A stretch of DNA of 64,000 nucleotides from Minisyncoccota bacterium (GCA_041664745.1 JBAYKD010000001.1:106551-170550), one strand, 5' to 3'. Numbered from the stretch's first letter, positions 46,049-55,927 are shown. The notes: generated by a model from the letters alone, not told the origin. A program made the numbers and translations.

Positions 46049-46429
46049 TTATGTTTTAGATTCCTTACGGCGACCAGATGCCATTGTCTTTCTTACATTA
46101 CCTCTTATTGTTCTAGAATTTGTCTTTGTTCTCTGACCGTTGACTGGTAAGCGACGCATGTGTCTGACTCCTCGGTATGACTTAATATCTTTCAATCTTT
46201 TTATGTTAGCTGAGATTTCACGCTTTAAAGCTCCTTCGATGGACATTGTCTCTATGACTTTACGGATAGCATTCTCGTCATCAACAGTTAATGCATCGGC
46301 TTTAATATTAGGATCAATATTAACTTCTTTTAAAATTTTACGTGCGCGAGATATGCCTATGCCGTATAGAGCAGTAAGTCCGACGTCTAAATGTTTGTTA
46401 TTAGGGATGTTTATACCAAGAATTCTCAT
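46049..46429 (-). CDS. rpsM: 30S ribosomal protein S13
   Basis: MRILGINIPNNKH...GIGISRA S13 N-terminus. Confidence 0.9.
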   Translation of the reverse strand: MRILGINIPNNKHLDVGLTALYGIGISRARKILKEVNIDPNIKADALTVDDENAIRKVIETMSIEGALKREISANIKRLKDIKSYRGVRHMRRLPVNGQRTKTNSRTIRGNVRKTMASGRRKESKT

Positions 46430-46435
46430 ATATAA

Positions 46436-46546
46436 TTATTGTTTTTGTTTATGTTTAGGATTAGAGCAAATAACACGAAGATGACCTTCTCGTTTTACCA
46501 TTTTGCATTTTGCACAGATTTTTTTGACTGATGATTTTATTTTCAT
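46436..46546 (-). CDS. rpmJ: 50S ribosomal protein L36 (missed by the >=60 aa ORF track)
   Basis: Manual translation [36 protein letters not shown]: C-x2-C...C-x4-H zinc ribbon typical of L36, in the canonical infA-rpmJ-rpsM position. Confidence 0.85.
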   Translation of the reverse strand: MKIKSSVKKICAKCKMVKREGHLRVICSNPKHKQKQ

Positions 46547-46654
46547 ATCATTTTGCTGTTTAAACTAAAGAAAAATAAAGGGTGTATACCCTGTATTTGT
46601 AACTTTTGTATTACCAAATTATATTACACTATTTAAATAAAAATGCAAGAGGTG

Positions 46655-46870
46655 CTATCCTCTTTTAATAATTCTACCCTTACCACCGTATGGATCAATA
46701 AGAACTTCGACTCTATCTCCGACTAGAACCTTAATCCTATGCATACGCATCTTTCCAGATAAATAACTGATGATGATTTTACCATCACCTATATCTACTC
46801 GAAAAAGTGTGTTTGGAAGGGCTTCTGTTACTATTCCTATCGCAGTATTGTTGTCGTCTTTTTGATTCAT
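46655..46870 (-). CDS. infA: Translation initiation factor IF-1
   Basis: S1-like OB fold; typical IF-1 length and context. Confidence 0.9.
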   Translation of the reverse strand: MNQKDDNNTAIGIVTEALPNTLFRVDIGDGKIIISYLSGKMRMHRIKVLVGDRVEVLIDPYGGKGRIIKRG

Positions 46871-46923
46871 TTAATGTCCCCTTATCATAACAAATATATA
46901 TTAATCCGTCAATCTCCATACAC

Positions 46924-48258
46924 CTATTTTAAGACGACGTTTATATTCTCCACCTTATTTGGTAGTTTTTTGGACCAAAAAGGAATAATAGTTACGGAAG
47001 CTTTAGAAATACCGAGGTCATCTTTAAAAATTGAAAGAACTTCATTTTTACTCTTACCCACGACTCGATCCTTCAAATTCTCTATTCCTGGCTTCCAATT
47101 CATCACTACATTACCAGTTAATTCAAAATCAAAACTTTCAGTTTCTTTATTTATAACTTGATCTTTATTTGTAAAATTAAAAGAAAGAAGAGATAAATCA
47201 GGGTCTACTATTTCAAATCTCTCACCCTTGGTTATGTCAGGTAATAATCTATTAATAATCATATTAGAAAGATCACTTTCTTTTACTAAGAAAGCAGAAA
47301 GATTGGCCTTGATTTCTAACTTCAAATTAGGAGTTTTAGAAACTATTTTATCAGTAAAATTATAAGAATAATTCACTGCATCTGGATACAATATATAACC
47401 AGGTGGAACTGAAGCATTTAATTTGCGTAGAAGTTCTCCTTTAAACAGATCACTATTGGAAAGGATATCTGCCTTCTCTTGATCATCCATAATGTAAACC
47501 AAGCCAGCTAAACCTCCCGTCAAAGGAGTTTTCAGATGACCATATATTTTTGTATATTTAGCTGTACCCTTAAAAGAATTGATAGAAAAAGACGTAGGAC
47601 TACCATTATAAGTTTCTCCCGCTAAGAAAGCTGTAATTCCAACATTTATCTGCCCTGGTATAATAACTTTTAATTTATCTTGTTTGTATCCTGGAATAGA
47701 TACAGTCGTATCCGTCTTGTAAGTCTTCCCTTTTTCATCAGAGATGAAAGATCCCACAGGAATCTTCTCTGCCTTATTACTATATCCATTGTATAAAGTA
47801 ACTTCACCTTTTGCTTTGTCCGAAGCAGTTAGAGTAGAGGTAAGAATAACATCTTTGTAAACACTATCACCAACTATCATGACTTCAAATGGAACATTAT
47901 TTTTCTTTGAAGCAGCAATCTTCTCATTGGCTATGTTAAAGGTTTTGGTTTTGGGAGTAATAGTTATATCTGCTCTCAAGAATACATTTGATAGTAAATA
48001 ATAAGCTCCAACCAAAATGGAAAGTATAAAAAAGAAAAGAATAGTTTTATTGAAAGGTCGTTTACCACCCGGCATAATTGGAGTCTGTGGTATTCGTTGG
48101 ACAGAAGAAGGCACTATCTTTTTCTTTTTTAAAAAGTCATACTTAGAGTTATTGTTGGAAGAGAGATTAGAAATATTTTTCACAGCAACCGGTTCTTCGG
48201 CTGTTTTTAGAGGCTGTTTATTACTTAATTTAAAATCATCTAATTTCTTTTTAATCAT
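46924..48258 (-). CDS. Hypothetical single-pass membrane protein with large extracytoplasmic domain (444 aa), downstream of the FtsA/PilM-like ATPase
   Basis: Cytoplasmic Lys-rich N-terminus, one TM helix (ILFFFILSILVGAYYLL), beta-rich Ser/Thr-rich exterior. Confidence 0.5.
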   Translation of the reverse strand: MIKKKLDDFKLSNKQPLKTAEEPVAVKNISNLSSNNNSKYDFLKKKKIVPSSVQRIPQTPIMPGGKRPFNKTILFFFILSILVGAYYLLSNVFLRADITITPKTKTFNIANEKIAASKKNNVPFEVMIVGDSVYKDVILTSTLTASDKAKGEVTLYNGYSNKAEKIPVGSFISDEKGKTYKTDTTVSIPGYKQDKLKVIIPGQINVGITAFLAGETYNGSPTSFSINSFKGTAKYTKIYGHLKTPLTGGLAGLVYIMDDQEKADILSNSDLFKGELLRKLNASVPPGYILYPDAVNYSYNFTDKIVSKTPNLKLEIKANLSAFLVKESDLSNMIINRLLPDITKGERFEIVDPDLSLLSFNFTNKDQVINKETESFDFELTGNVVMNWKPGIENLKDRVVGKSKNEVLSIFKDDLGISKASVTIIPFWSKKLPNKVENINVVLK

Positions 48259-49486
48259 ACATTTCCATTTTTCTCATAACATTTATAGCCTCAATCATTA
48301 AGAATGGGTCACAAGTGCCATTCTTGACATTACACATATTTAAAAATTCTGGACCATCTAAAGTAACTAAAGTAAACTTCTTATTGGGAACCATGGACTG
48401 GATATATTCTTCATCATTTATAACTTTTACAAACCATTCTTTGACATCAGAGTCTATTGTTAAGAACATCACATTCGGCAATGTTAGTGTACGAGGAAGA
48501 GCGTTGATACACTCTCTAAACGATCCTCCCCAAGACTTTTTAATAGATTCTAGAATTGGAACAAGTTTCCCTTTTTCTTTTTCAAACAAGGTTTCTTTAT
48601 TAAAAAGAGAAAAGATTTCATGTGCATCACGTGGTTCAACTTTTAACTTATTACAAATATCTCGAAATAGCGTCTTCTTGCCATAAGGGAAAGAAATCGA
48701 GTCTTTCAATACGCCACGAGAAATAATACCAACATCTGTAACTTCACCACCAATATCAAGTAATAAATATGAATCCTGATTCATATATTTATCACGTACA
48801 GATATGTATGAAGCCACAATAAAAGAGGAGAAGGAAATTGGAGTAGAGTGGAATGATTTTGAAATTGTATCTTTAATTTTATCTAAACATACCTTTGGGG
48901 TTAAGGATATGATCATATTGATCTCAATGGAGTTGGTCTTCTTACCCAATGGCTCATCGACATGGTACCCATTCAAAAGAACTCCTACTATTGGATGCTC
49001 TATAACTTCGGGCTTGCTTTCTATATCCCCATATTTATCCTTATAAAGAGTATTTAGGGAAGAAAGTTCTTTGACAAGCAATTCATCTACAACTTTTTTA
49101 GTAAAAGCAAAAGAATGCTCTTTGCTCATCTTTATTAATCTTGTCTCTGATATATACCAAGGAGATGCCAATACACAAATGATCTCATCGGGGGCACCTA
49201 ATCTACTTTCAGATAAAGATTTGGAAGCAAAACCTAAAGAAAGAATCATGTCTTTCAAAAATGAATTAAAATCTACTTCTTTCTTGGTAACTATGTCTGT
49301 ACGAGTGGACTTTATAATCGTCGGTAAAGATTTTTTATCAAATGGAATACTGACGAGAGCTCCACCTACACTCCCAGAACCAATATCAAAAATGGCAACT
49401 AACTTTTCTTTCTTTTTAGATGTAAATAAAAATCCCATAACGTATACATTATACCCTGTACTTGATTTTTTTACAAAAGCTATCAA
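48251..49486 (-). CDS. Actin-like ATPase of the FtsA/PilM family
   Basis: Phosphate-1 FDIGSGSVGGA and phosphate-2 LLDIGGEVTDVG motifs typical of the FtsA/PilM/MreB sugar-kinase fold; about 400 aa. Confidence 0.6.
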   Translation of the reverse strand: MIAFVKKSSTGYNVYVMGFLFTSKKKEKLVAIFDIGSGSVGGALVSIPFDKKSLPTIIKSTRTDIVTKKEVDFNSFLKDMILSLGFASKSLSESRLGAPDEIICVLASPWYISETRLIKMSKEHSFAFTKKVVDELLVKELSSLNTLYKDKYGDIESKPEVIEHPIVGVLLNGYHVDEPLGKKTNSIEINMIISLTPKVCLDKIKDTISKSFHSTPISFSSFIVASYISVRDKYMNQDSYLLLDIGGEVTDVGIISRGVLKDSISFPYGKKTLFRDICNKLKVEPRDAHEIFSLFNKETLFEKEKGKLVPILESIKKSWGGSFRECINALPRTLTLPNVMFLTIDSDVKEWFVKVINDEEYIQSMVPNKKFTLVTLDGPEFLNMCNVKNGTCDPFLMIEAINVMRKMEMYD

Positions 49487-49507
49487 GGTATATTTCTATA
49501 TTAAACG

Positions 49508-49548
49508 CAAAAAAGCACTGAACCATAAATTTGAATTCAGTGCTTTTT
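49508..49548 (-). terminator. Bidirectional terminator (GCACTGAA...TTCAGTGC with A6/T5 flanks) after the lipoprotein gene
   Basis: 8-bp stem and poly-A/T flanks, seen in the sequence. Confidence 0.5.
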
Positions 49549-49583
49549 AAAATCGGTTTTTACCAATTTGATTTAGGAAACGA

Positions 49584-50060
49584 TTATTTTACGATTCCTG
49601 TAATTTCCATACCGTATCCGAAGCGATCCCAACGATCCCATACTTTCTGCTTGTAACAGATTATGTGATGGGTGTTCTTGAGTGCTTCTTCAATTTGAGC
49701 ATATACATCTGACCTAAGTTGATACTTAAGTCTATAAGTAGAAGCATACTCAGAGTTTAAATCCCAGCCCCAGTAGTCACGAGATTTAATGGTACAGTAA
49801 GTGGTGTTTACATAACTTTTTTCGATAACTTTTTGTCCCCAATTATCGTAATATTCGTTAATGTTCTCGTCCTGAAACGTAGCAGGGTTTTTGGGGAATC
49901 GCAGGTCATCAGCATCAATGTAAACTCTGTCGTTTACATCCCTTAATGCAATTGGTTGATCCTCAACGAAATTTGGCTCGTTGAAAGGATTTGTGTCCAT
50001 TTTCTTGCAGGATGCAAAGAAGCCGATTAATATAATCGCAAATAATATTTTTGTTTTCAT
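49584..50060 (-). CDS. Putative lipoprotein (signal peptide + lipobox FFASC), hypothetical
   Basis: MKTKILFAIILIGFFASC N-terminus, 158 aa, Trp/Tyr-rich. Confidence 0.55.
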   Translation of the reverse strand: MKTKILFAIILIGFFASCKKMDTNPFNEPNFVEDQPIALRDVNDRVYIDADDLRFPKNPATFQDENINEYYDNWGQKVIEKSYVNTTYCTIKSRDYWGWDLNSEYASTYRLKYQLRSDVYAQIEEALKNTHHIICYKQKVWDRWDRFGYGMEITGIVK

Positions 50061-50199
50061 CTTTTTTAATTTAGATGATTATAAAATAAACCTGACCTCT
50101 TCCACTACAGAAGCGTTGCAGGTAAAACAATTTGTGTATATTGTATCACAAATAACATACATTGTCAATAGGCATGTTTTTTATATTCTATTATTAATT

Positions 50200-51990
50200 T
50201 TATTCCAAAATAGCCTTTATTCTACGTACTCCGGCGGAGCTGGCTTCTTCTTTTATTATTTTAAAATGGCCCAATACTCCCGTACTTTCTACATGAGGTC
50301 CCCCACAGAACTCGGCACTAAAGTCCCCTATCTTGTAAACCTTTACAATATCTCCATACTTGGACAAGTCGAAGGATACATTTTTTACAATTTTTGAAGC
50401 TTCATCCTTTGGTAGTTCTACCATTAGAACTGCAATATCCTCTCCAATTTTTTGATTAACTAAATCTTCAACTGACTTTAACTGATCTTCTGTAAGCTTA
50501 TCACCCCAATTGAAATCAAAACGCATTCTCTCAGCAGTTATATTACTTCCTTTTTGTATAATATCTTCTCCTAATATTTGTCTAAGAGTTGCAAGAAGCA
50601 TGTGTGTAGCAGTATGGTACCTGGTCTCCATAACGCCCGTGCCAGCCACCCCCCCCTTAAACATACCCGCACTTGATGTACGAGAAAGCTCCTGATGCTC
50701 TTTTAATTTTTTATCAAAATCCTCTCGATCTATTTTTATTCCTTTCTCTTTTGCAAGTTCAATCGTAAGTTCTATGGGGAAACCATAACTTTGGAATAAA
50801 TCAAAAGGATTTACACCTTTTTCAAAAGCTTTTAAGCCTTGCTCTAATGTTAAACGGAATTTTGATTCTTCTTTTAATATTTCATCTTTTATTACTTCTT
50901 TATTCTTTTCTAATTCAGGATAAGCATCTTTATATTTTTCTATCACAATATCAATAATTCTTGTGAGATATCCGTCTTTTAGTGACAATTTATCAGCATA
51001 CCTAATGACTCGACGCAGTATACGTCTCAATATATAACCACTGCCTGTGTTACTAGGTAATCCTCCATCAGCTATTATAAATACACTTGAACGTAAATGA
51101 TCAGCTACTATTCTCATCATTTTCCTAGTATCCACCCAACATTGTTCTCCATTTTTTATATACTCCTCATCTGTTTTATTTCCATAATCAAGACCTGATG
51201 ATTCTTCAATTTCAGAAATTATAAAACTAAACAAATCTGTCTCAAAAACAGTTTTCTTTCCTTGTACCACCATTGTAATTCTTTCAAAACCCATTCCTGT
51301 ATCTATATTATGTTTTGAGAGCTTGCCTATTACCTTGCCATCTTTCTGTTCATACATCATAAATACGTTGTTCCAGATTTCTATAACCTTACCCTCGTCG
51401 TCTGCTTTTACAAATTCATTAGGTGTCATATCACCAATTGCAACTTCATTTGTATCATAAAAAATTTCTGTATCAGGACCACAAGGACTATTCTCTCCTG
51501 CGCTCCACCAATTATTCTTCGCAGGCATAAAATAAATTCGTCCTTCAGGTAAATATTTCTTCCAAATTTCTACTGCTTCCATATCACGTGGTGCATCGTC
51601 ATTACCTTCAAAAACAGTCACGTATATCCTATTTATATCAAGACCAAGCCCTTCCTCTTTATCTGTAAGAAATTCAAAGCTCCACTTTATAGCATCAGGC
51701 TTGAAATAATCACCGAGAGACCAGTTTCCAAGCATTTCAAAAAATGTAAGGTGCCTATTGTCACCAACTTCATCAATATCAACTGTTCTTACACATTTTT
51801 GTGCATCAACTAAACGAGTACCCATAGGATGTTTTTGTCCTAGTAAATAGGGCATAATCGGTTGCATACCAGCTGTATTGAAAAGAACCGAAGGATCATT
51901 CTCGGGTATTAAAGAAGCACTAGGTATTATTTTATGTCCACGATTCTCAAAAAATTTGAGGAACTTTTGACGAATTTCATTTGAAGTCAT
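50200..51990 (-). CDS. alaS: Alanyl-tRNA synthetase, short form (catalytic + tRNA-recognition + editing domains; lacks C-Ala domain)
   Basis: N-terminal class II AlaRS motifs (FNTAGMQP, GNWSLGDYFK) and editing-domain HxxxH...CGGPH (HTATHML, CGGPHV); 596 aa. Confidence 0.85.
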   Translation of the reverse strand: MTSNEIRQKFLKFFENRGHKIIPSASLIPENDPSVLFNTAGMQPIMPYLLGQKHPMGTRLVDAQKCVRTVDIDEVGDNRHLTFFEMLGNWSLGDYFKPDAIKWSFEFLTDKEEGLGLDINRIYVTVFEGNDDAPRDMEAVEIWKKYLPEGRIYFMPAKNNWWSAGENSPCGPDTEIFYDTNEVAIGDMTPNEFVKADDEGKVIEIWNNVFMMYEQKDGKVIGKLSKHNIDTGMGFERITMVVQGKKTVFETDLFSFIISEIEESSGLDYGNKTDEEYIKNGEQCWVDTRKMMRIVADHLRSSVFIIADGGLPSNTGSGYILRRILRRVIRYADKLSLKDGYLTRIIDIVIEKYKDAYPELEKNKEVIKDEILKEESKFRLTLEQGLKAFEKGVNPFDLFQSYGFPIELTIELAKEKGIKIDREDFDKKLKEHQELSRTSSAGMFKGGVAGTGVMETRYHTATHMLLATLRQILGEDIIQKGSNITAERMRFDFNWGDKLTEDQLKSVEDLVNQKIGEDIAVLMVELPKDEASKIVKNVSFDLSKYGDIVKVYKIGDFSAEFCGGPHVESTGVLGHFKIIKEEASSAGVRRIKAILE

Positions 51991-52021
51991 ATCTTCATAT
52001 TATACTAAAAAGACTAAACAG

Positions 52022-52057
52022 AAAAGCCCTGCCTTCTTTAAGAAGGCAGGGCTTTTC
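52022..52057 (-). terminator. Rho-independent terminator after the MgtC-family gene (AAAAGCCCTGCCTTC ttta GAAGGCAGGGCTTTT)
   Basis: 15-bp perfect stem with A/T flanks. Confidence 0.65.
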
Positions 52058-52058
52058 T

Positions 52059-52541
52059 TTATTTAATTTCTTCAAGGTGATCCTCTTTAAAATATTTACT
52101 CTTTTTAATTCTTTCTTCTATATACCATAACACCACGAAGATGAATAAAGTGAGAATCGTCGCAATAATTGCAATATTAAAAAGTCCCAAACCAGATGCC
52201 ATACCAATACCAGCGGATACCCAAAGTCCTGTTGCTGTCGTAAGTCCTACCAATTTAGAATCTTTATTAAAAATAATTCCTGCACCCAAGAATCCTATAC
52301 CTACTACGATCTGAGAAACTATCATTAATGGATTCATTCCAGAAAAACCAGCATAATATCTAACCATTTCATTTGAAATAACTACAAACAAGGCCGAACC
52401 CATAGAAACAAGCGCATAAGTACGCATTCCTGCAGTCTTGTGAGCCCAAACACGCTCCGTGCCTATAATCATACCTAATATTAAAGCAATAAAAAGACGT
52501 AAAACAATATCCATAGTAGCCCCGTTTAAAATATTTTCCAT
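52059..52541 (-). CDS. MgtC/SapB-family membrane protein
   Basis: 160 aa, 4-5 TM, conserved MgtC N-terminal domain (GTERVWAHKTAGMRT). Confidence 0.7.
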   Translation of the reverse strand: MENILNGATMDIVLRLFIALILGMIIGTERVWAHKTAGMRTYALVSMGSALFVVISNEMVRYYAGFSGMNPLMIVSQIVVGIGFLGAGIIFNKDSKLVGLTTATGLWVSAGIGMASGLGLFNIAIIATILTLFIFVVLWYIEERIKKSKYFKEDHLEEIK

Positions 52542-52558
52542 ATAAAATTAGTATAACA

Positions 52559-52975
52559 TTATTTTAATTTATTCAAACTATTTATATCATGCTTTTCGTG
52601 TGCTTCGATTTCTGTGATAAGCTTCTTTTCACTTTTAAGTGTATCGTCCATCCAAAGTGAATATGGCACGTTGGACATGTCGGTATTACATCTCACAATC
52701 ATTGGAACCTTGTATGAATGCCCTGCTTGTACGTGCTTCATTAATTCTTCACTTAGACTTTTTTGAGTAGAGAACATGAGCATATATTGATCAACCTCCC
52801 TTATAATACCTTGCCATGGATATACAGAATGAATAACCCAATAATCCATAGAAATAGCCAACTTTTCCCCTATCGCAGAATAGCCCATAGAGCGAGCCTG
52901 TTCTATATCTCCACATATTGTATAAACGAAAACAACATCCTCCGCCCCTTTTTCAATTTTTTCTACAATATTCAT
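52559..52975 (-). CDS. cutA: Divalent-cation tolerance protein CutA-like
   Basis: HSYKVPMIV matches the CutA HPYEVPEI motif, with a ferredoxin-like fold pattern. Confidence 0.55.
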   Translation of the reverse strand: MNIVEKIEKGAEDVVFVYTICGDIEQARSMGYSAIGEKLAISMDYWVIHSVYPWQGIIREVDQYMLMFSTQKSLSEELMKHVQAGHSYKVPMIVRCNTDMSNVPYSLWMDDTLKSEKKLITEIEAHEKHDINSLNKLK

Positions 52976-53015
52976 ATGTTTTACAAGATTATTTTTTAAT
53001 AATTAACTACGCATA

Positions 53016-54161
53016 TTATCCCACAACACACCCACCTAAGCAAATGCCATTATTATAAACTACTATTGATTGTCCTTTATCTACAAGCACGCTTTTATCA
53101 AAACTAATTGCACAGGTCTGACCTGTGCAGACTAATTTGCAATTTAGTAGCTCTCCATGATAGCGAATCTGGGCAGTATAATCTTTATTTTTTTCTGGAA
53201 TATTTGAAATCCAATTTGCATTAGTAGTATTTATCTGCGAGCCAGAAAATTTATTTTTTGAATGGTCTGGCAAAGAAGATACAGTTATAGTATTCATTTC
53301 TATGTTCTTTGAAACGACATATAGGGGTTTACTATTATCATCATTTTTGAAAATATTAAATCCATGACGCTCACCGAGAGTGAAAAAAATAGCTCCATCA
53401 TGTGAACCGATAATTTCCCCACTTTCATTTAATACATCCCCTTTCTTCGTTTCAATATAATGCTTCAGGAAATCTTTCATATCAAGAGGTCCTAAGAAGC
53501 AAACGCCCTGACTATCTTTTTTTGTCGCCGTAGGAAGTTTATATTTCTCTGCTAAAATTCTCACTTCAGTTTTTTGTAAATGCCCCACAGGAAATAAAGT
53601 ATGACTTAAATCATCTTGTGTAAGAGTCCAAAGAAAATATGATTGATCTTTGGAGGAATCGATCCCTTTGTGAAGTTCCTCTCCTCCTTTTCGAGGAGGA
53701 GTGCCCATAGGGCGAGGTGGTAATTCTTTTAGATCACCACCCCCTACCCCCTCCTCCACAAGGAGGGGAGATTTGCGTGCATAATGCCCTGTCGCAATAA
53801 AGTGAGCTCCGTGCTCTTTTGCAAATTGCCAAAACACCCCAAACTTCACCATACGATTACACATTACGTCAGGATTTGGAGTATTCCCTTTTTTATATTC
53901 TTCTATCATATAATCTGCTACACCTTTTTTATAAGCTTCTTCTGCGTCGCATTCTAAAAATGGAATATCAAGATGTGCACATACTCGCATAGCGTCACGG
54001 CGTTCATCCTTCCATGTACATTCTATAAAGTCCGGTGACCATGTACGAATAAAAACCCCAACGACATTATAATCTTGGTCTTTAAGTAGAGCCGCCGCGA
54101 CAGAGCTATCCACCCCGCCTGACACCCCAACAAATACAGTTTTTTTTATTTCTTTTCCCAT
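53016..54161 (-). CDS. mnmA: tRNA-specific 2-thiouridylase MnmA (with a roughly 24-aa GC-rich insertion)
   Basis: PP-loop VGVSGGVDSS, catalytic Cys residues, DSSKDQSYFLW. Start at the internal Met MGKEIKK. Confidence 0.85.
   Translation of the reverse strand: MGKEIKKTVFVGVSGGVDSSVAAALLKDQDYNVVGVFIRTWSPDFIECTWKDERRDAMRVCAHLDIPFLECDAEEAYKKGVADYMIEEYKKGNTPNPDVMCNRMVKFGVFWQFAKEHGAHFIATGHYARKSPLLVEEGVGGGDLKELPPRPMGTPPRKGGEELHKGIDSSKDQSYFLWTLTQDDLSHTLFPVGHLQKTEVRILAEKYKLPTATKKDSQGVCFLGPLDMKDFLKHYIETKKGDVLNESGEIIGSHDGAIFFTLGERHGFNIFKNDDNSKPLYVVSKNIEMNTITVSSLPDHSKNKFSGSQINTTNANWISNIPEKNKDYTAQIRYHGELLNCKLVCTGQTCAISFDKSVLVDKGQSIVVYNNGICLGGCVVG
53676..53772. repeat. GC-rich segment with two CCTCC/GGAGG-type hairpins (CTCCTCC ttttc GAGGAGGAG; CCCCTCCTCC acaa GGAGGGGAG) inserted in-frame in mnmA
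   Basis: Local GC far above the surrounding roughly 30%. Encodes VEEGVGGGDLKELPPRPMGTPPRKGGEELHKG, which has no counterpart in the E. coli MnmA sequence as recalled. Confidence 0.5.
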
Positions 54162-55009
54162 CTTGCAAAAATACCACAAGGGAGCAATCGTTTACTATTA
54201 CTTTCTTCTATAACTAGTTCTCCTCCCTCAATTTTCCCTTTATATTCCTTCATTAAATCATTTAAATTATTCTCGTAAACAATGGAAGAATACCCTGCAG
54301 TATACCCATTTATAAGAATAAATAAAGGATCTGGAGATAATACCTTTTTACACAAATCCATAAGATTTAGAAAGTCTTCTTCAATCTTCCAAAGTTCATC
54401 TTTCGGACCATGACCAAAAGAAGGTGGATCCATTATAATGGCATCATACTTTCTTCCCCTTTTTATTTCTCTTTTTAAAAATAAAATTACATCATCTACT
54501 ATCCAGCGTATTGGTGCTTCTTTCAATCCTGAAAGTTCGGCATTAACACGTGCCCACTCTACTGCATTTTTCGATCCATCTACATGGCAGACTTCCGATC
54601 CCGCTTTTGCACACACTAAAGTTGCCCCACCTGTATAGGCAAATAAATTTAATATAGAAATAGGTTCGCTCCTTTTTTTAATTATTTCTGTCATCCATTC
54701 CCAGTTTGGAAGCTGTTCAGGGAAAAGTCCTATATGCTTGAAAGAAGTTGGCTTTATAGAAAAAGTTAAACCACCGTATGATATATTCCAATTATTAGGA
54801 ATTCCATTTTTAATTATCCATTTATTCTTTGTACCATTACGGATAAATTCTAAATCTGCATTACTCCATTCTTTATCATTCAAATTCTTTTTCCATAAAG
54901 CCTCTGGATCAGGACGAGATAAAAAGTATTTACCATACCTTTCAAGCTTCATTCCCATACCACTATCGATCAATTCATATTCTTTTTGTTTTATTGTTTT
55001 TAGTATCAT
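54146..55009 (-). CDS. Class I SAM-dependent RNA methyltransferase (RlmI/COG1092-like)
   Basis: SAM-binding motif NLFAYTGG, DPPSF catalytic motif, 287 aa. Confidence 0.7.
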   Translation of the reverse strand: MILKTIKQKEYELIDSGMGMKLERYGKYFLSRPDPEALWKKNLNDKEWSNADLEFIRNGTKNKWIIKNGIPNNWNISYGGLTFSIKPTSFKHIGLFPEQLPNWEWMTEIIKKRSEPISILNLFAYTGGATLVCAKAGSEVCHVDGSKNAVEWARVNAELSGLKEAPIRWIVDDVILFLKREIKRGRKYDAIIMDPPSFGHGPKDELWKIEEDFLNLMDLCKKVLSPDPLFILINGYTAGYSSIVYENNLNDLMKEYKGKIEGGELVIEESNSKRLLPCGIFARWEKK

Positions 55010-55012
55010 AAA

Positions 55013-55918
55013 TTATTTTAAATATTTAAGTATATTACTTCTATGCTCATTGAAATCTACTGCATAATGCACATTACCATCTTTATCATGAAGATAAAAT
55101 AGATACCCTGATTCCTGTGGGTATAACGCCGCTTTAATAGCTAGAAGCCCAGGATTACTAATAGGGCTCTTTGGTAAGCCAACCTCTTTATAGGTATTTG
55201 GGGCTGCATCAACTTGTAGAGGCATACCAAACTGTATTCTTTTCCATAAAATTCCAGAGATTATAGCTATATCATTCTTGCCACCTGCTTCTTTTTCAAG
55301 AATTGAAGCCATTATTATTATATCAGACAAACTATGGTTTCCAGATTTTATATCTTTGTCTATTCCATTAATCCTTTTTTGAAAATTCGCAGTAATATCA
55401 GTGAGAATTTCATCAGTGCTAGAAAGTGAATAGAAGAAATAAGTATCGGGGAATAAATAACCCTCTTTGCTTCTAGGGTCACTCAAAAATAAATCCGTAT
55501 TAAAGTTTGGAATTTTATCAGCCAGAATTTTGGCCATATCTTTTTCAGTTATACCTTCTTTTAATGTAACTTTAATCGGTAGAACATTATGATGTCCACG
55601 AGATATTTGCCAAGCCACAATCCAAACTGGAGAATTTTTCTTAATTAAATAGTCGCCAGAAATAATCCCCTTTTTTGTTCCAATTAATTTAATAAAAACT
55701 TTTAAAGTGAGATCACTTCGAATAGCCTGATTTTTTATTAATTCACTAGATATAGAACGGAGTGGTTGACCGATCGATATATGAATTAATACATCATTAT
55801 TCTTAAATGGTGCAGATAAAAGATAAAAGATAATTAAAGCAATAATTATAAAAATACTTAATATTTGGATATTAAGTATTTTATTCTTAGGTTTAATTGT
55901 ATCTATATTTTCATCCAT
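55013..55918 (-). CDS. mltG: Endolytic murein transglycosylase MltG (YceG family)
   Basis: N-terminal TM anchor and YceG-domain conservation (EGYLFPDTY, ASILEKEA). Confidence 0.8.
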   Translation of the reverse strand: MDENIDTIKPKNKILNIQILSIFIIIALIIFYLLSAPFKNNDVLIHISIGQPLRSISSELIKNQAIRSDLTLKVFIKLIGTKKGIISGDYLIKKNSPVWIVAWQISRGHHNVLPIKVTLKEGITEKDMAKILADKIPNFNTDLFLSDPRSKEGYLFPDTYFFYSLSSTDEILTDITANFQKRINGIDKDIKSGNHSLSDIIIMASILEKEAGGKNDIAIISGILWKRIQFGMPLQVDAAPNTYKEVGLPKSPISNPGLLAIKAALYPQESGYLFYLHDKDGNVHYAVDFNEHRSNILKYLK

Positions 55919-55927
55919 AAACTATTA

